64,000 nucleotides of DNA from Octopus vulgaris (taxonomy: Eukaryota): NCBI GenBank assembly GCA_951406725.2, contig OX597820.1, positions 111,476,001 through 111,540,000 on the forward strand, in the 5' to 3' direction. The notes beneath the pieces are model-generated. The model worked only from the letters and a program-made list of their open reading frames with translations, searched no databases and was not told the origin of the DNA. Position numbers and translations under genes: made by a program. Positions 52,120-64,000 of the stretch are shown here, in pieces (position 1 is the first letter of the stretch; every line of letters starts with the position of its first letter).

Positions 52120-52282
52120 ATATATATATATGAATATATATGTATGTTATATATATATATACATACATACGTGTGTGTATATGTATATTTATATATATAT
52201 ATGTATATGTATATTTATATATACATATATACATATGTGTATATTTATATATATATATTTATACACACACACACACACACAC

Positions 52283-52309
<27 letters not shown>

Positions 52310-52313
<4 letters not shown>

Positions 52314-52722
52314 AATAATTTACAATATAAGGGCAAAAGAAAAATTCTAATGCCAAATATGCCGAAAAAAAGACAAAAATTGTCAATTAACCATTATAAT
52401 TTATGCGTCTCGAAACAAACCGATAGATATTTCTAAAAAAATTTGCTATTACCGTATTGGACCAATTTCTGGTGTTTGCTTTTTCCATGGGTATGAGTAA
52501 GTATTTCACTTATATCTCGCGTATTTGCCGCTGAAGAGGAGAAAATTCTTATGAATATATCCGAAATTGGTCCAATACGGTAATAGCAAATTTTTTTAGA
52601 AATATCTATCGGTTTGTTTCGAGACGCATAAATTATAATGGTTAATTGACAATTTTTGTCTTTTTTTCGGCATATTTGGCATTAGAATTTTTCTTTTGCC
52701 CTTATATTGTAAATTATTTATA
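52310..52722. repeat. Perfect 160-bp inverted repeat (inverted PLE-type terminal repeat) with a 93-nt spacer
   Basis: 52310-52469 is the reverse complement of 52563-52722, with no mismatch or indel seen. Confidence 0.9.
52525..52583 (+). ncRNA. Type I hammerhead ribozyme motif
   Basis: TTGCCG-CTGAAGA-GGA[..ATTC TTAT GAAT..]TCC-GAAA-TTGG T CCAA-TA-CGGTAA. Intact core, AUA triplet, near-palindromic stem III. Confidence 0.8.
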
Positions 52723-53239
52723 AATTTAACCTTTAAAGGTGTTTTTTGATATGCTTGGCCATTGATGAAATTCTTTTCCCGAAAAAATTTTTATCCTACA
52801 TTAGTTATATATATATATATATATTCAAATTTATAATTCTCGAAATATTATGTTGATAAAAGAAATGAATTTTTATAGTTCTAATCCAGAAACACGTCCA
52901 TAATTAATCGATGACTGTTTGATTTCGTTTTTTTTTTCTCTTCTTTTTGCCTATGTGAGTTGCAAAGGTATTAGCTGTCTTTGGCTGCTATTTTTAAATT
53001 TTCGGTGTGGTAGAGCAACTTGTTGCTAAAGCCTTAATTATATTTATATTTAAATGTATATACACTTATGTGTATATACATATATGTATATATATATATA
53101 TACATTAGAAGAAATAAGGTACTCAGAAATCTGGATGGTTTTATATTTACAGGCATTTATTAGTATGTCCCATGTTTTTTTAAATCATATATCATATATT
53201 AGTGCTTTCGTCCACTCTAGTGGAGTTTTCAAATTGAAC

Positions 53240-54575
<1,336 letters not shown>

Positions 54576-54692
54576 GTTATATTTCGGAATGGTCATATTG
54601 CCAGTTTAGCCAATAAAAACACACGCACTATATATTTGGTGTTATTTTGCTTCAGTGATATTTATTTTTTACATTAATCTTAATCTTATTTC

Positions 54693-54737
54693 GGCCAAAG
54701 TTCTTTCGTCACACTCCTGTGACCGCATCAGTGGTCC
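54693..54737 (-). ncRNA. Variant minimal hammerhead motif
   Basis: Minus strand: GGACCA-CTGATGC-G-GTCACA GGAG TGTGAC-GAAA-G AA C-TT-TGGCC. A9 is replaced by C. Confidence 0.5.
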
Positions 54738-54805
54738 TTTGTTTTCTTCTCACTTACATATATATATACATACACATATATATACATATATATATATATA
54801 CATAC

Positions 54806-54837
<32 letters not shown>

Positions 54838-54864
54838 ATGTATGTATGTATACATATATATGTA

Positions 54865-55118
54865 GGCGCAATGGCTCAGTGGTTAGGGCAGCGGACTCGT
54901 GGTTTCGATTCCCAAACCGGACGAGAACCATGAGGCTCCAGCAGGGGGTAGTGGCGATTCCTGCTGTACTCTTTCGCCACAACTTTCTCTCATTCTCTCT
55001 TCTGTTGACCTGCTCGCTTAGCCAGTGGGGTAGCGCCATTTAAAGGCTAAAACAATGCGAAACGCAGTGTGACCAGCGATGTGTAGCAACATCTGATAGC
55101 CTGGTCAGTCACGGTGAT
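54865..55118 (+). mobile_element. tRNA-derived SINE with an internal deletion
   Basis: GGCGCAATGGCTCAGTGGTTAGGGCAGCGGACTC (A box), GTTTCGATTCCC (B box), unique body, inserted in (TA)n. Confidence 0.7.
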
Positions 55119-55131
55119 GTATATATATACA

Positions 55132-55180
<49 letters not shown>

Positions 55181-55907
55181 GTATTACATATGTGCATATG
55201 TATCATTATATTTATTGATATACGTACATGTATGCATATGTGTATATATGTATATTTATATATATGTATTGATATATATATATGTTTCAATGTACACTCA
55301 TTTTATATGATTAATATATAGTCTATTGACTTTGCTGCATGCTAGGCCACTAGTAGAAAAACATTTCTATAATTTTTTTACCCTGTATATTTTTCCTTAT
55401 ATGTATGTATATATATATATATATATATACACACACATATGTGTAAATATATGTATATGTATGTATATATATATGTGTGTGTGTGTATATGTATACATAT
55501 ATATATATATATACATATGTGTAAATATATGTATATATATACATATATATATATATACATACATATATGTGTAAATATATGTATATATATGTATGTATAT
55601 ATATATGTGTGTGTATATATACATATATATATACATACATATATGTATATGTAAATATATATATGTGTGTGTGTGTGTGTATATATATACATATATGTAT
55701 ATATGTGTGTGTGTGTATATATACATATATGTATATATGTGTGTGTGTATATATATATACATATATATATGTATATATATGTGTATATGTATATATATAT
55801 GTATATGTATATATATATGTATATATATGTGTATATGTATATGTATATATATGTGTATATGTATATATATGTGTATATGTATATGTATGCATTTATATAT
55901 ATGTATT

Positions 55908-56080
55908 TTGTATGGTGAGTTTCAAGGGGAGAAACACTATCAGCATAAACTTGAAAAAAGTTTTAAGGATGGCATAAGGAGTACTATGAAGTCACCTGGA
56001 ATGGAAACAGAAGACATAGAAAGCCTTGCATTAGACAGTCGAATGGCAAACAAAAGTGTAGTGTGTGGATTGAGAGTATG
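55908..56080 (+). mobile_element. LINE (RTE-like) ORF C-terminal remnant
   Basis: [37 protein letters not shown] resembles the LYGEL..KRFKD..LA.DR motif. Confidence 0.5.
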
Positions 56081-58487
56081 AATGACAATGACCCTTTTTT
56101 TTTGTTGTACAGTTTGTAACAGCCCCTGCCTTTCTTTCACTGGGCTGCAATGTCGTTTCTGAGCTGATGGAAAAGAACTTCTGCCAACCATCCTGATTAT
56201 ATGTCTGTGCACACCTTTGAATGCAGTGTATGCCAGAAGGTTTGCAACTCTAACGGATGCCTCAGAAGACATTTTAAGATTCACAACTTATGTGTAGCTC
56301 TTGTTCGTCCCAATCTGATGAACAATCTGTGTGGGTGACTTTTTTCAGAACATTGGTTTAAACAGCTACATCAGATGCCATGATGGGTTTCACTTTTAAG
56401 TGCAGGAGGCAGTCAAACTCTGCATAAGGAGTTGACAACCACCATATATGTATATATATGTATGTATGTATATATATATATATATGCATATATACATATG
56501 TGTATGTTTATATGTATGTATATGTGTATTTACATATTTGTATATATGTATAAATATCTATGTATGTGGGTGTACATGTGTGTGTATGTATGTATGTGAA
56601 TGTGTGTGTACATATGTGTATATATATATATATGTACATATATGCATGTATATATATATATATATAAAAATATATATGTACAAAATCACTAAAACAGTCT
56701 GTCGTTTTCTTCAACTTGAGTGTGGCAAGTCCTGCTGTATTGATGGTACCAAGCTGTATTGGTTCATACCATTTCTATGAATTGTGTGGACACATCATAA
56801 CTGAAGTTTTAATAAGTCCTGAAATCAGCAGGTCCTGGTTTGATTCCACTCACTGCAAGGCATTTTGGGCCTATATTATTTACTTAAGCCTTTGATTGAC
56901 CTACCTTGTGAATGAAATTTGGTAGACAGTACCTTTGGATGGATTGCACCTGTAATTTAAAGGTCCAAACTTTTTCACCAAGTCTGAGAACTACTTCCAG
57001 GGTACGTGTGTCTGTGGTATTCACAGCTACCTATATTTAATTCAGTGAGTAGGTTAGTTTACTAAATAACAGAAACTCATTCAGTTACTTTTATATCTAT
57101 GTCTTGAATAATGAATATTGTTTTTGGCTATTCCTCGACTCCGTTTGTCTTTTTTTTTTTTGACTTTCCAATTCTCTTAACCCCATTTCCCCCTCAGTTC
57201 TCGTCTCTGGAATGGCTCTTCAAGACTGGGGTCATATTATTAAATTGTGTAGTGGATCATGTGTATTTTACCTATTACCTAACACATTTTTAACCTGGGG
57301 AAAATTTGCATGAGTTTCCTCTTCTATCCACCAGTTTGTTTTTTTTTTTTTTTTTCCCCCTCTTATTTTATTGAAAGAAGGAAATAACTTCCTTTTTGCC
57401 CTATTGTCTACAGCCCTCCTTGTCTTGGCATCTAGCTTAGGTTACAGGCTTGAAATTGAAAATATGTATCTATATATCTATACTGTAACTTTTTCCATTT
57501 CTTCTATCTCTCCATCTTCCACTCAGTGCTGCTCTATTCTTTTCCTCCTGTTTTGAATTGGATAGTTTTGGGACGAATGAAAACAAAATGTAGTAAACAG
57601 GGGTTTGCGGCACAGTTGACTTCTGAGCCTCCAAGACAATTGGTATTGTGTGTAATTCTGCTGCTGCTGCTGCTGGCATGTCTGGGTGTTGTTTCCAGTG
57701 CCAGTGTCAGAAACCTAATGTAGGCCTGGCACAACTTGAAATTTATTTTTCTTTTATACATTTTAACTTAAAAGTGAAATTTGGTTGGCTTTTCAGTTTT
57801 CTTTAACTTTCATTGCTTAAATGCATTTATACCTTCCCCTTCTAAAACATAAAAAAACCCTTCCCCACTACAGTGACTTTCTTTGTATTTGCTTTTTCTT
57901 CTTTGTTTGGCTCCAAATCAACTGCACCAAATGGTTAGCTCTTTGTGCTATTACAGACACACATGATGCTGTGTGAATGTGAAATAATGCTGTTGCAAAT
58001 TCTTGCCCCTGCCTAGAGTCTCTTCAACTAACTGTCTGTACAAATTCAGCAACTCCATTTGTTTGGAAGTTTGTTTCAGACACATGGGTGGTTTCTATTA
58101 ATTCTCAACATTGTTGAATACCCATCCAAATCTTCAGTCTCCACCCACCGACATATTAAATATGAAATGTTAAGACTGGTGGTCATGGCTGAAATAGAAC
58201 TGGATTTTATATTTTCAACACTAAGGCACTTAGTTTTTAAAATGCTATCAGGTGGTGGGGGTCAATATATTATGTACCAGTAACATACTAGGGTTTGTAT
58301 ATATCCCTCTCTGTTAGTGCCTCATCCAAAAAATGTGAATTTTTTTCCAATTTTTCATGTTAAATAAATTAATTTTAAATGCAAGTTAAATTTTACAAAC
58401 ATTTAAGAGTGTGAGAGATTACAAAATTAGTGTTTTGCTTGGTTCTTTTCCCTATTTAATCTTGTTTCTTGTAATTTTTTTTTTCAG

Positions 58488-58640
58488 ATTGGAGTCATAG
58501 CACCCTGACGAAACCTTAAGTCTATGTACAGTCATCCAACATCAGATCATCATGAAGTAGTAATCACTTCCCATTTCCGGCTGGACTTTATTCTGCAGCA
58601 ACACTACTGCTTCTCATAATAAAAATGTTTTACAGAACTC
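58488..58640 (+). other. Probable non-coding terminal 3' UTR exon of the hnRNP gene with poly(A) signal
   Basis: Very strong acceptor (T)n-CAG at 58487, AATAAA at 58618-58623, U-rich downstream element. A matching donor AG|GTGTGT lies at 50584/50585, 16 nt after the stop. Confidence 0.6.
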
Positions 58641-59751
58641 TTTTTTTTTATTATTTATTTATTTTCCACTTTGAGGCCTGGATATGGTTTCTAACCCCTT
58701 GCATATTTTGACAGATTTATTTCTTAACTGCTCTTTCCAGAAATATAGCTAGAAATAATTTTAATAAAATAAAAACCTGAAATTTTATTAAAATTTTTAT
58801 TGGCTAAATAACTAAAGTTACAAATTGAGTGTTAAAAAAAAGAGAGAGAGAGAAATAGCAATGTGTGGAAGTTTAGGCAAATATTGATAAAAGTAAGTAA
58901 AATGCCCACTAAAACTGTTGGTGGGTGGAAGATAACATGAAAGAAAATCAAGTAAAATGTAAAGATATAAAGCTGTTTGTTGGTTTGGAGATTTCCAAAC
59001 CAGACATGCTCTGCCTCTCTTTACAAATAAAGCAGTAGCGTGAAGAGGCAGGCTGACACCAGCTTAAAAGAAAGGGATTCTCAGGGTTAAGTGAAACTAG
59101 CAGGAGGAAAGAAAGTAAAATCTAAAATATGTGCAAACTGTACTGAAAGTTTCTAGGGTCTTCAAATTCATAGATTTAAAGTTTTTTTATTTTTTATTTA
59201 GTCTTCATAGATATGCAGCACTTAGCTGCTAGTAGCTTTTTTGAGGTGTAGTACTAGTTGGGCTAGGTACTCCTCGCAAATTTAGCATGTTGATCAGCTT
59301 CATTACTCAAAAGCAAATGACTTTATATTAAGAGGCCCTTCGGCCGGGCCTGCTTTCTTGGGATGGGTTTGCTCTTGCCATTTTTGTTTTATATTTTTCT
59401 ATTTCTGATGGTTACACGTGATGAGACTTCGTAATAGGGCATGCAGCATCACAAGAAGGCCATAGACCAATTTGGTGAGTCTATAGCTGTCATGCATTAG
59501 CATAATCTTTCTTCATCAGAGGGAGTAGTGTCTCTCTTAAACCCAATGCCGCTTCTGCATTCAGTGGTACGTACTTTGCACACACTCTCAGACACACATA
59601 CACACACGTGGTGTTGGTAGGTACTCTGCTGATGCTTCCAGTGGAAATCACACTGTTACGGCAGCACACTGATGCGGTGGGATTCAGGACACTTGAGGAT
59701 ACTGCTTCGATGAGTTGAAATCAAATAGAGGCAATGCGTGAAGTTCCAAGT

Positions 59752-59898
<147 letters not shown>

Positions 59899-62800
59899 TT
59901 AAAAGCACTGGTTATATACACAACAAATATTTTCAATCATAATCATTTTAACATCCACTTTTCCATGGTTGCATGAATTAGACAAAATTTGTTGAGGCAG
60001 ATTTCCTACAGCTAGATGCCCTTGTTGCCAACCCCTACCTGTTTCTAAGGTAATATTTTCCTTTGATTAAATCTGTTTTCACAGGATATTAAAAGTGAAA
60101 GCTTTAGCATAATTGTGACACATGTATATAAACACAATAGGCTATTTCACTTGCTACCTATCAAATCCTGTCACAAGGCCTTGGTTGACTGGAGGCTACA
60201 AAGTACCACTCAGCCACTTCTACACCAATGAATTGCCTTCATCCAACCTAATTTAAAAATTTCTTGTTTGATGGGATGAGGCATTATAGCTTATTTCAAT
60301 TATTACTGTCAGCTATTAAGTTGGAGCACTGCAAGGTGTAGTTAAGGCAAAACTAATTTAGTTGCATTTCCCAATAGCTACTTTCAATTCTTTGCTGGAA
60401 CCAACTTTGAGACATGTACATCACATTGTGCTCCCCAATTATCTAGCCTTTCCTGCAACCCCCACTCTAACCAAGTTTAAAGAATAAACTTGACTAAAAT
60501 AATTTTGATTCGCTGGGGAAGAAGGTATTTTTTTTATTTATCAGTTTTATATAAATGCAGTTTACAATGATTTCAATTCCTTTCTATTTTAAATGCAATT
60601 CTACATCATTTATTGCCTGTTTTCCATGCTGGCATGGGTTGGACAGTAGCTGAAGGACTGTTTTGGCATAATTTCCAAGGCTGGATGCTCTTCCTAACAC
60701 CGACCCTTTTACAGAGTTACTGGGTGCATTTTATGCAGCACCCACACTTATGGGCCTACAAGATTAGGGATGTTCAGCTGGAGAGGGTTGCAAGGGCAAC
60801 CACACTTTTACTTAGCTTGACATGTTTTTTTCAAGCACAGCTAGGAGTCTTGGTCCCGTCATCTCTGAGTCCCAATGTAGATCCTTTCTTACTACTTCAT
60901 CTCACATCTTCCCTCTACAATTAGAGATTGGTAGTTCTTGATGCAACTGTCCTCATTCATACATTATAATAGGCATTGATACATTTTAGACAGTTGGCAA
61001 TTCATTTGCAGTATGTTTTACCTCAACCATTTTTTTACCTATGGAATCCTTTGATTTCTATTTTACTATATTGAACCCCTAGCCATTTGATGTTTAAAAA
61101 ACCCTATTTTTGTAATTGTATAAAAAAATTGCCCAAACTATTTTGTGTATTGCAGAAGTATAACCAATTTATTGTACATAAAATTTTAACAAAATCTTTT
61201 TATAAACCCACAAAGGCCAAGTGGACCCTTGTTCAGAACTACTGTTATGACCTGATAAGATTGAAGTGTTTTTTTTAAGGAATGTAAACAAAATGTTTTT
61301 CAAATATTTTAGCACAAATCACAACTGTATGTCTACATTGCCATAAAACTAGTTGGTTCAACAAAATAAGTAGAAATGAGCTCAAACTTAGCAAGATGAA
61401 ATATTGGCATTTAGTTCATTTCATTGCTTTACTGTTTCTGCCATGTACAACAATGGTTTCTAACAGTAGCATGAGGTCACATTTATCAGAAAGGACTCTC
61501 TACATTTCCTACTTACCTTGTACCTCGAGGGTCCACACAAAATACCTCATTGACTCTTTTTACTTCTTCCCAGCTCCTACACTGATCATTTCCCACTCTC
61601 TTCTAAACTGTGATTAGCTATGTGAACCCTCTACAGCCAGAAACCTCTTCTGCTCTGGCTGCTCCTTAGATGCTTTTAATCCTGCTCTTCTAACAAAGCC
61701 ACCTCTTGGAGGCAATCTCACAATAGTGCCTTTGACATGAAAGAAAGCACCCAGTATATGCTGGAAAGTGGTTGACATTAGGAAGGGCAAGTGGACATCG
61801 GAGCATGAAACTTGGACATTAAATGTTGATAGTGATTTAATCCACTTCAATATTTAAGAGGTCGTTATTTTACTGGCTCAAGGTGTCACCTAAAAATGTT
61901 TTCTAACATCAACACACAAACAATAATATTCTTAGAATTATGAAGTTGACTGAATCAGCTCTTCTGTTCTTTGACATGTAATTTCATAGTAACAAGATTC
62001 TATTGCAATAGAAGTGGGGTCCATGTCTCTGTAATTGAAATTTCGCTGACCAAATGAACCCTTCTGATACCAGCCTGCCAAAGACTCCCTGCTTCTATGA
62101 CAGTAGCTTTTTATATAAAGGGATCTACATTAAAATTCCATGTTAATTTATGTCCCCAATTATCAGCTCAGTAAGATATTTTAGTAAATTCTTTATTTTC
62201 AAAATTAATTGAAATAAAGAGTGTGTAGATAATCAGAAATACAGTAACAAGAGGATTAAATAAACTTTACTTTTGTTTTAACATCTAAGTTTTTGTTTTC
62301 TTAAGCAAAATGGTTTGAGAAATTGTTTTTACAGCTGGATGCCCTTCCTATTTGCTAACTACTCAAGCACGGAATGGAACTTAGTTTTTGTCTTGTCATG
62401 CAAAATTAAGTAAACAGAGCTTGGAGATTGTCTCAACACAAGATAATGCATGATTAATTCAAAACAATGTGAACAAACAAGTATCAAGTTTGATAGAATT
62501 TGAATGCTAAAGGGTTAGACATGTTAAATTTCTAGAAAGTTAAATCTATGATTCTTTTTATTCTTTATAGTCTGGGAATTTGAACAGTTAGTAATCTAGG
62601 AATGAATTGGTTCTACCAGGTTGACTTGTCTTTATACATTTCAGGAAAATCAGACCATTGATAAACTAAGAAAGCTTCTAGATGGTTGTTCAAATTGTTG
62701 GAAATCTCACTAAATCCCATTCTTCTATCTGAAAAGCAGGAGGACAGAAAGTAGTCTCGTATATAACCATCATTGTCATTGTTTTAATGCCTGTTTTCCC

Positions 62801-63641
62801 ATGCTTGCATGGGTCAGATGGAAATTCTATGGCTGGATGTTCTTTCTGCTGCCAACCCTCACCTATTTCCAAGTATGGTGGTATTTCCGCTCCAGGGCCA
62901 GACATGTTTTCATGGAATATCAGAAACGAAAGATACCACTCGTATGACAGTGACTCATTTGCAACTATCACATGACAACACTAACACACATGTGACAGGT
63001 TTCTTTCATATTCTGTCAACCAAATCCACTCTCAAGGCTTTTAGTTAACCTGAAACTGTAGAAGGAGACACTTGTGCAAAGTGCCAAGCAGTGAGACTGA
63101 ACCTGAAACCATGTGGCTGGGGAAGCAAATTTCTTAACCACACAGCCAAGCGTGCACCCTTACTGTTCCTGAAAAATAAAATGGAAACGTTATGGCTGGT
63201 ATGCCTTTGATTGTAAGCCTGCTCGATCACTACTAAGCAACAACAAAGATCTTGATAACTATTCTTTAAGGATCTTGGCCAGTTTTCATAGTCAATGAGA
63301 GATAATTTAAGCCAGGCAGAACAGAGCAAAATTATATCAAAAGGAAACAAGTGGGTGAGGTAGGGGGGGGGTTATTTTGACAACAAAGATATTTTGTTGG
63401 AAAGAATAATCAAAGAACATGCAGTATAATAGGTAAATAAACTGGGTTGCTTACCAGGCAGTCTGGGTTCTAATTCCATCAGGTGCTTATTTTACCAAAT
63501 TTAAATCCAGACCCTATTTTAACCTTAAACTGGTCCACAACCCATCTACCTTCGTTTACTACCCATAGACACCTCTCTACCGTAAAGTTTAATCATCAGT
63601 CACAGTTACACACAACTGCCTTCTTTAAACAGTTTCTTTCA

Positions 63642-63884
<243 letters not shown>

Positions 63885-64000
63885 CTACTCTTGTAATATC
63901 TAATGAAATTTTACAGTGAAAATTTTAATTTGTTATTTCTTCACATAAGAATCAAATCAAGGTGGATCATTTTACTGTATAGGACATTTGTGCATGTGTA

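Overview
AT-rich, repeat-dense animal genomic DNA. The SINE, MITE and RTE-LINE families and the (TA)n/(CA)n load suggest a coleoid cephalopod, probably Octopus; this is an inference from recalled repeat consensus, not a search. Two host genes can be built from splice signals. (1) A + strand hnRNP A/B-D (Squid/AUF1-like) gene with 9 coding exons at 28247-50568, giving 325 aa: two RRMs, a Gly/Tyr-rich tail and a PY-NLS. It probably has an intron in its 3' UTR ending at a terminal exon near 58488-58640. (2) The last two coding exons of the NMD kinase SMG1 on the - strand (63675-63781, 59752-59829), tail-to-tail with gene 1. The rest is transposon debris: maT/DD37D and mariner/DD34D copies, RTE fragments, Naiad- and Poseidon-type Penelope-like elements (PLEs), tRNA-SINEs, MITEs and microsatellites. 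Main leads: (a) a PLE whose terminal repeat is a tRNA-derived Pol III cassette fused to a minimal hammerhead ribozyme, and which also occurs without coding sequence like a SINE; (b) about ten hammerhead-like motifs, including U3-A8 variants and one sense-strand copy locked in a perfect 160-bp hairpin inside the hnRNP 3' UTR intron; (c) a structure-caged candidate poison exon plus several long intronic RNA hairpins in the hnRNP gene. All folds and splice calls were made by eye.
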